From Mayamaea pseudoterrestris (Eukaryota), in assembly GCA_027923505.1 (NCBI GenBank), contig BROI01000023.1, forward strand, positions 124,001 through 188,000: a DNA stretch of 64,000 nt, read 5' to 3'. The translations under genes and the position numbers were made by a program. This document shows positions 1-11,527 of the stretch, one piece after another (position 1 is the first letter of the stretch; every line of letters starts with the position of its first letter). Below the pieces are notes generated by a model, which was not told the origin of the DNA, did not search any database, and saw only the letters and a list, made by a program, of their open reading frames with translations.

Positions 1-271
1 CGAGTTCGAGTTGCTTCTTCTTGGCCTCGTTCATTCGCTTGAGAGTCTCAATATCATTTTTGAGTTTGATTTTCTTGTCGATTGGTTTATTGGCTGGCAA
101 CAGAGGACTGATTGATGGCACAGGTGATGGCTTGGTCGGCATGGAAAGAGGGAGCTGCTTGGTCTCATTTTCCTTTGTAATAAGTGCTTTGGATGTACTA
201 ACTGGGTCTCTTATGCCTGTACTGGACGAGATAGACGACTTGGCGTACGGATTCACCGGAAGGGACGCCAT
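1..271 (-). CDS. 5' part of a hypothetical protein running off the window (MASLPVNPYAK...KKIKLKNDIETLKRMNEAKKKQLEL)
   Basis: Read manually: ATG at 271 on the minus strand, open to position 1. It has a Ser/Pro-rich N-terminus with an NPYAK motif and then a coiled coil. The listed + ORF 21..428 is its antisense shadow. Confidence 0.6.
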   Translation of the reverse strand, partial: MASLPVNPYAKSSISSSTGIRDPVSTSKALITKENETKQLPLSMPTKPSPVPSISPLLPANKPIDKKIKLKNDIETLKRMNEAKKKQLEL

Positions 272-968
272 GGTCGCTTGGTTGCAATGTGCCTCGTCGT
301 TCAAGCTTTTGGCTCAAAGCGCTGCGCATTGGTCGTCGCATTGGTGCACGCCTGGAGTCTGTCCTGTCGGCGTCACACCGGTACGGTACCCGAGCCAGTA
401 TCCGACAAAAATAGGTATCGTCATGTAGCTCTCTGAGTTATTCCCGACTGTAGAAGGCATTATTTGAATATACTACCATGGTGCAATCTGCTGTTGACAA
501 TCTTAACTTGGTCTGCTCCGGGAAGCAAGCTAGCCTTTTATCAATCTGAGATATTCATTCGGTGAATCAATCATGGCCCCTATGATTTTAGGCATTGGTT
601 TGTGTTGCTCAAAGCATTATCTTTACTTGCTTGATAGGTATTATATATAATCAGCTACCTCCGCTGATTCATTGCATGCGGTAGCAAATGCGGATCCCGC
701 TGTTCTCTAGATGTCACGCGAAGCTATGCACCACCTAGCAAGCCAACGACTACCGCAGCAGCATACAATAACGAGCGTCAATTATACATCGTAAACGATC
801 GATTATGGTGAAACTTGTATGCGATAACAATATATATTTTAAAAACCGCTATGGCTTTGTTGGCAGCTCATCGCGCACGAGAAAACAGTGAACGAGCGCA
901 CACGCTCGCTTGTTTCCAATTCAAAAGAAGTGGAAATGCGCCGCTTACATCATATGTCCGTCTGACGT

Positions 969-1448
969 TCACTCGCCATTGATTACACTATATTCCAATG
1001 GTGTGGGTTGCTGCATCAGTTCTACGAGAACTAACGTCCACAAGGCCAAATTTGACAAAACGTAAAGCTGGAACGTGTGCGCCCACGTCATTCCCAACCA
1101 ATCGTCGCGATTCTTACTTTTCATGGCCATGTCGTGAGCAGTCAGGCTCAATATGATTCCCAGCGCCAGTAGGTAGTTTATGAGGACAAGAACTGTCGCA
1201 GCGATGGAAGCCCGACGATGATTGAAATATGCAGCCAACGCCAACAATCCCATCGAGTACTGACCGAGCTCTTGAGTAACGCCATCCGCATACTTGTTAT
1301 GCAGCGCCCAGATGCAGTAGAACAAGGCAATCTTCCATACTTGAGCAAGTAGTGGCCGCTGTCGAAGAACCAAATACCAGGCGACGGCTTGCGAGGCCGG
1401 CATGAGCGCCGTGCGAAAGATGAGACTGGAGTCGGACATGCTCATCAT
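969..1448 (-). CDS. Hypothetical small multi-pass membrane protein (159 aa)
   Basis: Single ORF with 4-5 hydrophobic segments; no family recognised. Confidence 0.6.
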   Translation of the reverse strand: MMSMSDSSLIFRTALMPASQAVAWYLVLRQRPLLAQVWKIALFYCIWALHNKYADGVTQELGQYSMGLLALAAYFNHRRASIAATVLVLINYLLALGIILSLTAHDMAMKSKNRDDWLGMTWAHTFQLYVLSNLALWTLVLVELMQQPTPLEYSVINGE

Positions 1449-1937
1449 ACGGAAATATGTGGTCGGGTTACTGTCTAATCTTTCAACGGCTTATCGTCTC
1501 TATCCGACTGTTGTTGATCACGCAGTTCGATCGGATAATTGTATCAAGAAAATGGATGATGTGCTGCTGTGATGGTCGCAGCGATGATCCGCAGAACAAA
1601 ATCGACGACCATGAAGCAGTGCTGGTGCGACGCGGGCTTGTTTGGCGAGGTCGTCACAAATGACATTTCTTCTTTCTCGGCTGTTTCTTCCGTCATTTTG
1701 TAGTCGACGGATTTCATGATTCCTTGCAAGGGATGCATGTCATGTCAAGCGAAGCAATCGTCCGCTTCGCAATCAACGATGATTCGATCGTACTGATGGC
1801 GAAAGGCCTTTCATCATGTATACTTATTCGTAGAAGTAATGTGCACCATATTCGCAGCCACGACAAGCGTACATTAACACAATTGGATTGCTGAATTATA
1901 GCAAGGAAAAATCCACGCCAAGCCTTCCGTCGAGCCA

Positions 1938-2753
1938 ATGTCAGACAGTTCAACAGTAACGACTGCAGACTTAGGCGATGTTAAGAGCAATTTATTGTTA
2001 GAAAGCGAAGAGGAACTCGCACCAGAAATTGAACCTGAGCTCGACAAGGCCGCTACTATCGACGAAGCCATTGTCAACCGTCGACGGACCGTATCGTTTG
2101 ACGACAAAGTGCGCGTTCGTGAGCACAGTGTGGTCGTCGGAGTCCATCCAATGACAACATTCCCAATCGGGTTGAGTTGGGAGTCTGCAACGGAGCGAAT
2201 TGCGGATATCGACTATGAACACCATTCGAGACAAGGTCACTACGTTTGGCCGCGGCATTTGTCATTTGAAGAGCGAAGGGACCGCCTTTTTGAGGTAAAT
2301 GCTGCTTTCGACAGTAAGGAAAACAGGGATGAGGTTGATAGTATGTTACAGAATGCGTGGGAAGCCGACTACGTGTCGCCGTCGTTACATGACATGCACA
2401 CGGCTGCTCCGAGCGAGCATGATGTGTTTGTCGAATCCCCAACACTTTGCGAGAACCGTATTAAAGCAGCTCTGCGTATGCGAAGGTCGCACTCAGTCAC
2501 TGAGCTTACGGCATTGTCCGACAAGACTGCGAATCTCAGTACATTGCAAAAACATAGTTTGCATCGAATCGCTTCATTCGACGATTGGACCAACTTGAAG
2601 AAGACAGATTTTCGAGCAACTACGGCAGAACTGGATGACAAGGTAAATGGTCCTGTTGCTGGCATGGAGGGTGCCGTGAAAAAGCCATTGGCTCGCTTGC
2701 TTAAGAAGCGTTTCTTCAAGCGAGCGCCGAGAACACAAGAGGCAGTATGCTGA
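1938..2753 (+). CDS. Hypothetical protein with an RTVSF..VRVREH..VGVHP..PIGLSWE..LSFEERRDRL motif (family commonly seen in diatoms)
   Basis: 271-aa ORF with this motif block embedded in disordered sequence. Confidence 0.65.
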   Translation: MSDSSTVTTADLGDVKSNLLLESEEELAPEIEPELDKAATIDEAIVNRRRTVSFDDKVRVREHSVVVGVHPMTTFPIGLSWESATERIADIDYEHHSRQGHYVWPRHLSFEERRDRLFEVNAAFDSKENRDEVDSMLQNAWEADYVSPSLHDMHTAAPSEHDVFVESPTLCENRIKAALRMRRSHSVTELTALSDKTANLSTLQKHSLHRIASFDDWTNLKKTDFRATTAELDDKVNGPVAGMEGAVKKPLARLLKKRFFKRAPRTQEAVC

Positions 2754-2940
2754 GAGTCTACGAAGGAGTAGTAGTTCATACAGAACAGTTTGAATTGAGC
2801 TTGTCGAAAGGTCAACCCTGGTACGAAAATGCCATGGAGTACTTTGTATGTAAATGAATAGCTAAACCGTTTTACGAGTTTGACTATGCGGAGTCGAGAC
2901 GACCTCCATCCTTCTGACCTGCCACCGGCACATTAAAATC

Positions 2941-3715
2941 TCACGATCCTTCCTCGGCATCCGTTGCTCCTTCAGTTTCGCCGTCCATAATTGACCACAG
3001 TTTATTGGCCAACTCGAATGGTGTCATTCCCTTTGGATCGACTGAAAAACTTCGAAAAGTTTCACCCGATGCAACATCCTGCGTCGCATGTCGCAAGCAC
3101 AAGGTATCAGCAATTCAGTTAATTTCACATAACACAGATTCAGTTACGCGTTATACGTACCACAATACCTGAAAGGACATCTTCCTCCTCATCATTCCAA
3201 GTGATGCCGGTGCATTTGGCTAGAAGCGATCGCTTGTACGTAGCCATGAGTAGCTCTTGCTCGCGCTCATGTTGCAGGCGCATAGTTTCTTCCTTGATAT
3301 CCTTGGCTTGCTCTTTGTTGCGAGCAATCTCATCGGTCAGTGCCATAATTTCCTGCTCTGCATCATTGACATCCATTTGCAAAGTGTCTCGCTGCGCCGT
3401 CAGCGACATCACCTTCTTCTGCGCCTCATAGAGAGCATCCGACTCAAGTTCGCTAGCAGAAGCTGCATCATTGATCATTCGGTCCAGTTCCGACTGCATT
3501 TTGGCTGCTTCATTGAGCATGGATTCCTCCTTCGCCTGCCAGAGTTGATCCGTAATGGACCGAGGGCTGGTGAACTTATCGTCGTCGATCGGGCCGAGCT
3601 TGAGAGCATTCATCTTGGCTTGAACCGACTTCCAGTCGCTTCCGGATTTCACAGCCACACTGCTCGGGGACGTCATGGTGTCGGACTCGCCCTTGCGCTT
3701 GTTAGTGGGCACCAT
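2941..3715 (-). CDS. SPC24: Kinetochore NDC80-complex subunit Spc24; exons 3715-3161 and 3078-2941
   Basis: Long coiled coil, then LLAKCTGITW..VLSGIV. A GT-AG intron (3160-3079) joins in frame to DVASGETFRSFSVDPKGMTPFELANKLWSIMD, which matches the Spc24 C-terminal RWD signature. Confidence 0.8.
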
Positions 3716-5543
3716 GGTGAAGGAGACGAATGAAGGTCGTCGCGTGAACTGTGAATTCCGTTGGGAGACGAAACGTCGTGTCGCATGCGACTTTTTGATG
3801 ACGTCAGATCGCATTGGCTCGAGCACGCGCTCCTCCACGTCGATGCAATCCGATCAGTTTCCCTTCTTCGATCCAAACCATCGACCAAATCCGCTTGGCA
3901 AATCAATCCAGCGAGACAAAGCAAAGGCTTCTACCTCCTTGGGCATCTCGTTGCATATCACGACTTTCATCGGTATCTTGATAGACTTGCAATTTCTGGA
4001 TGCAGCCACGAGATGGACTACGGCAGAAAAAACACACTTCAGCTTCTCGCGGGAGATAGATCGAGGCCATCAATCTGAAAGTAAGTTGTGAAGAAAGACC
4101 TCTATCGATCTAGATTCAAAGCCTGACGCTAACGAGATTAGTGTTCTGAACTATCAACCGTTTCTATAACAAGCTTGCTGGATGTTAAAGCAATGCGCTA
4201 CCCCAAACTTTGGTACCGTTGTGTGAAGACTATACTGGTTGTAGACTAGCGTTTCGCAATTGGTGAACATACGGTTATTGCGCTCCACGACGCGCATGAC
4301 GGTTGTTTCCATGTACCGGTAGCAAGACACCGGCATGAACGAGTTGTCGAGCCGAAAAGACCGAGCGACGAGCGAGTGTGGATTGGGTGGCTGCCTTCCA
4401 GCCAACGCTACGACGATAAAAGGCTGCTTATTGCAGTTGGTGCGTATATGTTGGAACGGTGACAATGGACAGCCCGCATACTGCATGGCGGGAACATGGT
4501 AGTGATGATCGCTTGTACTAACCAAGCCCTAGCTCCATCCGTACTATATGACAGCCTTGTCTCGTTCGCTGTTCGTCCTTCGACTTAGCATACTGCGCCA
4601 AACATGCGACCTTGCAATTTGCACATGTTGTGTACATGAACAGGCTACTGTACCATAGTCGCGCCGCTACTATAAGCGGTAAGCCGGGCCGCACCTCATA
4701 TATCAGCCCTTTCAATATGAAGCTCCCGCGTCAGTCTCCATTACCTTTTTCGTACTTGCGCTTTTGCATTCCGCGACCAAGAATCTACCACCGCACGTGT
4801 TTTTGGCCTACGCGTCGCCTAAGAAAGAGATGATGTTTCTAGCCGTTGGAACGATAGTCTCGTTTCGCCAAGATATCCCGGAAGCTGCCGCTCTGTCATG
4901 TGTGAATGCTCTGGACCACTCGTTTCCAACGACCAAACCGCGAAAGGTCTCAATAGCAGACACAACATCACGGAGAAACCACGATTGAGACACACATCAA
5001 ACCCGCAACTGCCCAAGGCTTCAAACTATGTTTCGATTGGTTGCTTTGAATCCATGGAGCGGTCATTGGTGCGTTCCGTTGAAGTATTCCAGGTGTTGTG
5101 CTGTTCCGTGCGTTGACACGTGTGTTGATGGAGCTGACACGGGCCGCGTGGCGTGATGTCGTTCGCTGATTCATGCGCGAAGCCTTTGAAATGAGTGGTC
5201 GCGATGAACCGTGACTGAACCAAGACACTGGAACGGGCCTCTTGCCGAATCTGTTCGACTCGAGGCGCGCTAGACGAGATTCAAGGCGTTTTTTTAAGGC
5301 CTACGGGAGCAAGGTATAGGAATGTAAAAATAGTCTGGTCAACTATTATAGTTTAATTGTAGTTATTGCGTTAGACGTAGCTCGTTAGCGAAGTGAGAAG
5401 CCACGTGTTGGTCGTCTCAAGTCGCGTCGATTGTAACCGCTTGGAAACCGTCGAAATATGCAACTGTATTGTAAATGATATATAAGGAGCAGCAAAAAGG
5501 CGCATCAAGGTAAATGAAGGAGTCGGTGGATCGAGAAGGAATG

Positions 5544-6041
5544 TTACATCTCGAGTGTGAAAGGCATGGCGTCGTCGTCCGGGTAAACCTGACTCATGAG
5601 TCCAACGAGCGACGTTTGGTTAAAGGCTGGAAGCTTGTCAGCCAGTCCCCATTTGTTCATCGCCTTGTTCATCTCTCCTCGATTCTCCTCATGACGCGCC
5701 TTGTAGACGTGTTGAAGACTCACGTCGTTCGCATGTCGCCAGCGGCAGTCTCGCGTTTGACTCTGGGTCTTTTGGATGCCATCAACAATGCGCTGAAACA
5801 TGGCGTAGTCGCGGTAGTCAGCCATGGCTTCCTCCTCGTATAGTTGCACCTCAGAGGGCGATCGTTTCAGCTTGTTGGAAGCAATTGGAATGCTTTCCGA
5901 CCGATGCATCTTGGGAGTGAGCTCGGATAGCGAACCGCTCGAATCAAAGGCCGACATTTCGTTCTCGTTCGGGGTGACGGGCCGCAGAGGTTGGGTTGGT
6001 AAGACGGATCGACGTTCCTCTTGTGGGTATTGAGGCATCAT
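5544..6041 (-). CDS. Small disordered hypothetical protein (ADYRDYAMFQRIVDGI motif, C-terminal FTLEM)
   Basis: ORF 5544..6086 with the first ATG at 6041; see findings for possible 4E-BP-like motifs. Confidence 0.65.
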   Translation of the reverse strand: MMPQYPQEERRSVLPTQPLRPVTPNENEMSAFDSSGSLSELTPKMHRSESIPIASNKLKRSPSEVQLYEEEAMADYRDYAMFQRIVDGIQKTQSQTRDCRWRHANDVSLQHVYKARHEENRGEMNKAMNKWGLADKLPAFNQTSLVGLMSQVYPDDDAMPFTLEM

Positions 6042-7183
6042 AATAATAAACAAGTAAACAAGCGAAGGGATAGACGAGAGAATCAAAGATTCGAGTCGAG
6101 CGTTTTAACTCTTGGATGGATTGAGATTTGTGCGGCGAGCTGATGGGTGGATGATGGCGGCCATCAAAGCACGAGCGAGCACGAGATTCGCGGCCTTCGA
6201 ACCCATTCGTCAAAGTTGAGAACGCTCGCGTGCCTGTTCGATAGCATTCGGTCGGCAATTCATTGATACTCCACTTTTGTACATTATATAGTATAGTGAA
6301 AGTGAAAGTACGTACGTCGTGGAACTTAGAAACTAGATAGAAACAAATGACCCATTTTATATATTGACAGCTATCGGCCATTCATCAAGTTATTTAAGCC
6401 ACATTGCCACCTCAGTCAAACGCGAAGGTTCTTTATGAACACTATTGTTCCATGGAAGGCGCTTAAATGCTTTGACATGCGCCGACCGAGATTGCGAGAT
6501 CAGATTGGGAAGCCTCTTGACTCGAGCCTTCGGGTGTTTGACAATGGTGATCCTCATGGCGACGCGAAAAGCAATAAGTTGACTTCGCGATCTAGCTGAA
6601 TGAATTTTGGTGTCAACGTCAGGCCAGCAATGATCGTGATTGTTTCGGCCTTGCGGAGAAAGGCTTCAATCTCGTCGCGTGCATGCCGCAGACGATAGAT
6701 TGGCCTTGTTTGCCCGTTGAACCTTTGGCGTCCCCATGAAAGAATCGCATGCCCGTTTATCGGATGATCTTTGACTATGGTGTTATCGGGCTATGCAAAG
6801 ATGATAACCTTCGGGACGTCGCACATATTATTGGCTCCACAATATCTTCAGCCCGGAGTTTAGGCGTTTAGGCTCGACTTGTCCTTTCCTTTGTTAAAAG
6901 TTCACGATGCGGTAGATAGTACCGGTATGTTAGCCGTCTCCTTGTCAAAGCTTGAGGCTGGTGAAAACATTTATGTACAGTAGTAGATGCATACTTGTAC
7001 GTCGACATGCATGTCGAAATTGGCCCGGACCCCTAAAAAGGCTATGTGGGTCGTAACAGTACCGGTCCGACGTGAAGGCGACGCCGACTGCTTCCGGTTT
7101 GCGCATCGCCATGACTCGTCGTCGGCACTCTTGCTCCACTTTCGTTGCTGCATCTCCTGTTAAACCTATTGCTACTGTAAAAC

Positions 7184-8451
7184 ATGCCCAGCATATTCAA
7201 TTTAACGTTTCAAGACCCTAATAATGTATCGACGCTGAATTCCACTGTCCAAAATTGGAGGAATGAGACGGGCGACGACAATGCCGATGATTATATCGAT
7301 GACTTTCAGATTGGCGTCATTTTCAACTTGACCAATTTTACACGGTCAAATTCACCACCCAAGACGTCTTTTTACAATCCACAACGTGAGGTACACAATT
7401 CGGTTGGAGTCATTGTCTTAGCCATACTGCTAGTAGTACTCAGTGTACTGCTGACGATTCTGATGCTGCACATTCTGAGGTACCGACTCATGCGTCGACT
7501 CTTGGCGCTCCGACGACTGCAGCAGTCCGAACCAATTCAGCCAGTGAATAAGGAGGATCGATATGCTGTCATTGAAGAGTGGCTTATTAGCAAGCGAGTC
7601 TTGAAGCATGACGATGCCTGCAATCGCATTATGGAGGCGGACCGGAAACTCAATGGACATGACGTTGAATCGGCGTCGCCTTCTGCTGCTCATGACAGTC
7701 CGCCTCGCTCACCATTATCACATAAACGGTCCAATTCAAATGATACATCCAGCGCCAGCGAGACTAGAGAAGCACTTTCATGCGGAGACGAAAATAGCTG
7801 TCCAATTTGCATGTCATCGTTTTTGGTTGGCGAAATCATCTCTTGCTCTGCGGATGAGCAGTGCTCTCACATATGTAAGTTCGGGGTGGCAACAACGCGC
7901 AATACATTCTCTCTTGAAGTTGTTCTCACGTGATGCACTTTCTGTTTACCCGTAAACTGCCAGACCATCACGAGTGCATCAAGGAATGGCTGTTGAACCA
8001 CATGGAATGTCCGTTTTGTCGCAACACCTTTCTCGACATTGACAAGCCGGACCACCAGCTTGCAAAGTCGCCGCATCAACTTACTAAACGTGCCCAGCTT
8101 TCCTACTGCTGCAAACTGCACGGTCTTGTCGAAATATCGCCGCTACTTTGTCAGAAGCAGGGTCGGATAATGGAAGACATTGAACGCAAGGTGCGGGGCG
8201 AAATGACCTTGATACAACGAGGTGACTTGATTGTCAAGCGCGGCGCTCGACATGCACTGCACGAGGACAAGGAAATGACAGTGGATGAAGCCTCCATCAT
8301 GTGTCTGGCCAGTCGCGACGAGTGCAGTCAACCCGAAAAGGAGTGCGAGGCAGATGACGACCTGGAAGCCAATGTACAGGAGCAAGCAACAACATCCACG
8401 GCCACGTTGAACGATGAAACCGATGTAGCCGGGCGACAATATCCAATATAA
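7184..8451 (+). CDS. Transmembrane RING-H2 E3 ubiquitin ligase (ATL-like); exons 7184-7874 and 7964-8451
   Basis: TM helix followed by CPICM...CSHIY|HHECIKEWL...CPFCR, reconstituted across a GTAAGT..CAG intron at 7875-7963. Confidence 0.85.
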
Positions 8452-8645
8452 AACGAGTACAAGAGTCGCGCTATGATTGCTCTCACTTTGATCCTGCGAC
8501 AGCTATTCGATAGGTTATCGTGTAGAATCTTCCTGATTGGAGCATACAATAGACAATAGATTACGTTCATGATAGGTAAAACCGCTAGACACTACATGTA
8601 TACAATTCCTAAACAAGCACTTGAAAACATTTGCTTCTTCAAAAT

Positions 8646-9458
8646 TCAAGCAACATCGTCGTCAACGCCGGCACCACCATTCTTGTCCGCCTCGGCTGCC
8701 TCTGGAACCTCCGCAGTTGCTCCTGCTTGGCGTTCGCTCGTTCCAAAGTAGTTAATGATTGGATCCGGCGCCGTCGCTCCAGGTACCAACGACATGGCGT
8801 AAAAGTAGAGAACAACTGCGGCAATGGCCATGTTTGTCGCTCGATTGCGACTGCAGGAAACACTTTCTATACCAGCAGGCGTCGTTCCTCCAAAGTATGC
8901 GTTAAAGAAACCAGGCTTGCATATATCCGACTTAAAAATCAAAAACGCCAAGCTTTGAAACAAGAACGCAATGAAAAAGTAGAAGGAAAGGCACTTTCCG
9001 CCAGATTTGTGCAAGGGGCAGCACAAGCTAAAGGCCATTGTGAACCAAGCGAGCGCTCCAAAGAAAACTGCAACGCCCTGACAAGCCTTGGCACTGTTAA
9101 ACTGGCGGTCAAATCGAGGAGTGACGTAGCCAATGCCATCGACATATTGCGTGTAGGAGAAGCAAGCTTGCTGGTCGACAGGAAGTGTCATTTCCCATGC
9201 CCAGAAACCAACGCCTTGACTACCAAGCATGCTGGTACACTGCTCCTGCGGAATGTCAAAATTGGCGCAAACACTCGCAATGTCGTTTCCTTGCTGCAAC
9301 ACAACGTCTCGGCTGACAAACGCGCAAAAACCCGTAGCATATAGCGACATGGAAAAGGCAACGGTGCAAACCAAAAAGAGGCATGAAAAATTACACTTTT
9401 GAGCAGCTTGATACATGCGCTGCCTATCTTCCGTACTCATGTTGGTCCGAGAAGCCAT
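8646..9458 (-). CDS. Four-TM claudin/tetraspan-like membrane protein
   Basis: 270 aa with four hydrophobic helices and a Cys-containing first loop with a G-F-W motif. Confidence 0.65.
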   Translation of the reverse strand: MASRTNMSTEDRQRMYQAAQKCNFSCLFLVCTVAFSMSLYATGFCAFVSRDVVLQQGNDIASVCANFDIPQEQCTSMLGSQGVGFWAWEMTLPVDQQACFSYTQYVDGIGYVTPRFDRQFNSAKACQGVAVFFGALAWFTMAFSLCCPLHKSGGKCLSFYFFIAFLFQSLAFLIFKSDICKPGFFNAYFGGTTPAGIESVSCSRNRATNMAIAAVVLYFYAMSLVPGATAPDPIINYFGTSERQAGATAEVPEAAEADKNGGAGVDDDVA

Positions 9459-9648
9459 GGTTGTACTTGTTACTTTTGCTTTTTGTTACTGTTGTCAAGA
9501 TGTTCTTTGAAAGATCTTTTGGGTGTCTGTCGAGTGTCGTTATGGAATTGCGACGCGAAGCCTAATTCTGAATGCCACGTCAGGGATGCCGAACATGAAA
9601 AATGCGCCAACGGGTCGTGCAAACACGCGACGCGATTTTTCTGGCATA

Positions 9649-9824
9649 ATTGACACTGGCACTCGTTTCGTGCTTATGCCTGGTGACGTAATTGACACTG
9701 GCACTCGTTTCTTGCTAAAGCCTTATGACGCTATTGACACTGGCACTTGTTTTATACTATAGCCTTATGACGTTATTGACACTGGCACTCGTTTCATACT
9801 ACAGCCTTGTGACGTAACTGACAC
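9649..9824 (+). repeat. 42-bp tandem minisatellite, about 4.2 copies (ATTGACACTGGCACTCGTTTC...TGACG)
   Basis: TGACAC recurs at 9651, 9693, 9735, 9777 and 9819. Confidence 0.95.
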
Positions 9825-9908
9825 GACATATGTCTTACCGAAGCGTCTGTCATTCACACCAAAACTGGTTGCGTTTCGCGGCTGCCTCACTTTCTTTGAA
9901 CTTCCACC

Positions 9909-11364
9909 ATGGCGGACGAGCCTTCCGAGCCGGAGAATCAGCCCAAGGACGAGGTCAGTGCTAGCGATCCTGTCATTGGATCGGCAGCCTTGCGTCCCTT
10001 GTTTCTCGGTAACTTGTTCATGGACTACTCGCCGGAAACTGTCAAGGAAACATTTGAGCTGCCGTTTCAACCCAGCGCGAATCTTACGTTTGAGTCCATT
10101 CCAGTTGACCGCATCGACAACAAGCGAGGATTCTGTTTTGTCTACTTGAAGGATGCCAAGAGCGAAGCGGACAAGGAGCGGATTGAAGCCTACGTCAAGG
10201 CGATTGAAGGAGTGTAAGCACAAATCCTACATTTTTGAGAGTGGAGCGTCGTCTGTCTGTTTCTTCTTCATCATCATGCTGCTGCTGCTCCCTACTACTA
10301 CTTCGTCATCCACGAATAATTGCGGCGTGGTATATTCGTGGTTTCCACTGTGTCTTCTCCTACGCTGCAGCTCCTACTAGTGCTTGCTGGCTGCAACTGC
10401 AACTACGATATTTCACCTTTAAGCGAGGTAAAATGCCTTCCTCATTTTTAAGGCCGATCTACTCCCGACTAGCTTTTCTTGTTCATCGTCATGTCGAGCC
10501 AATGAACTACATTCGTCTTCTACATGTGCTACACATTGGCTTCCACTTTCTACTGACCATGATCTTACACACCCAACCTTCTTCTCCTTTACTACACAAA
10601 CAAATCCTTCTTGACCTCTGTCAACCGTTTCTCTCAGCAAAATTCCTCAAGTTTCGAATGCATTGCGCATCGAGTTTGCCCGCGGTGATGGCCGCGTCAA
10701 GCGCAAGGAGGACGAGCGCCGCCGCAACATTGCTCCAAGTGACACACTCTTTGTGGTCAACTTTCACGAAGCCACGACGCGGCGTGAAGACTTGGAAATG
10801 CTCTTTGGGCCATTTGGAGAGTTGCAGCGGATTGATATGAAGCGGAACTATGCGTTTGTGCAGTTTCAAACCATTGAGCAAGCGACCAAGGCCAAGGAAG
10901 CGACGAACGGCGGCAAGTTGGATCAGTCGGTATTGACGGTGGAGTATGTCGCGAGCAGGAGTGCGTCAAGCGGTGGCGGTGGCGGCGGTCGTCGCGGTGA
11001 TGGCTATGGGGATCGTCGTGGTGGTGGTGGCCGAGACAGAAACTATGATCGCGACAGGCGTGGACCTCCTCGTGGAGGTGGGGGTCGCGATCGCTACGAG
11101 GACCGCTATGAACGACGCTCGCGCAGTCCCCCGCGCTACCGGGATGATCGTCGACCACGATCGCGCTCAAGGTCGCCTCCGAGGTACAATGATCGTTCTT
11201 CTTACCGTGGGAGCCGCAGCCCACCGCGGTATGACGATCGCGACTTTCGGGACCGCCGTCCTCACTCGCCTGATGCAGGTTATCGTGCCAGGAGCCCGGA
11301 CCGAGACCGCGATGGTTTTCGTGGTGACAGGGACCGTGGTATGGAACGCGGTTACAGGTCGTAA
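9909..11364 (+). CDS. SR-type splicing factor with two RRMs and an RS/RD tail; exons 9909-10213 and 10638-11364
   Basis: RRM1 (LFLGNL...KRGFCFVYL), RRM2 (LFVVNF...RNYAFVQF) and RSRSP repeats. A 424-nt GTAAG..CAG intron at 10214-10637 restores the frame (EGV|KIPQVSNALRIEFARG). Confidence 0.92.
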
Positions 11365-11527
11365 GGTTAAGCACGACCATTGAATACTTTGGATATTGCT
11401 ATTTGTGTGTGGGCTCAAGACCTGGGATGCATGGCTTGGCGACGTATATGTAAGGAGATGACTCGACTACCTTAAATATTAAACATCCTAGTAATATAAA
11501 TATCAATCAGACTTGAAGCATCATAAA

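Noticed and set aside
21..428. Plus-strand 135-aa ORF
   Set aside because: Antisense shadow of a more protein-like minus-strand ORF starting at 271
4100..5300. Short overlapping ORFs here and at 28367-29182
   Set aside because: No motifs or convincing coding character; left unannotated
9649..9824. CRISPR-like appearance of the 42-bp repeats (also 15769-15960 and 60090-60522)
   Set aside because: The would-be spacers are short and similar to each other, there are no cas genes, and the context is eukaryotic
10235..10840. 201-aa ORF overlapping the SR gene
   Set aside because: Lies mostly in the intron and out of frame with RRM2; not protein-like
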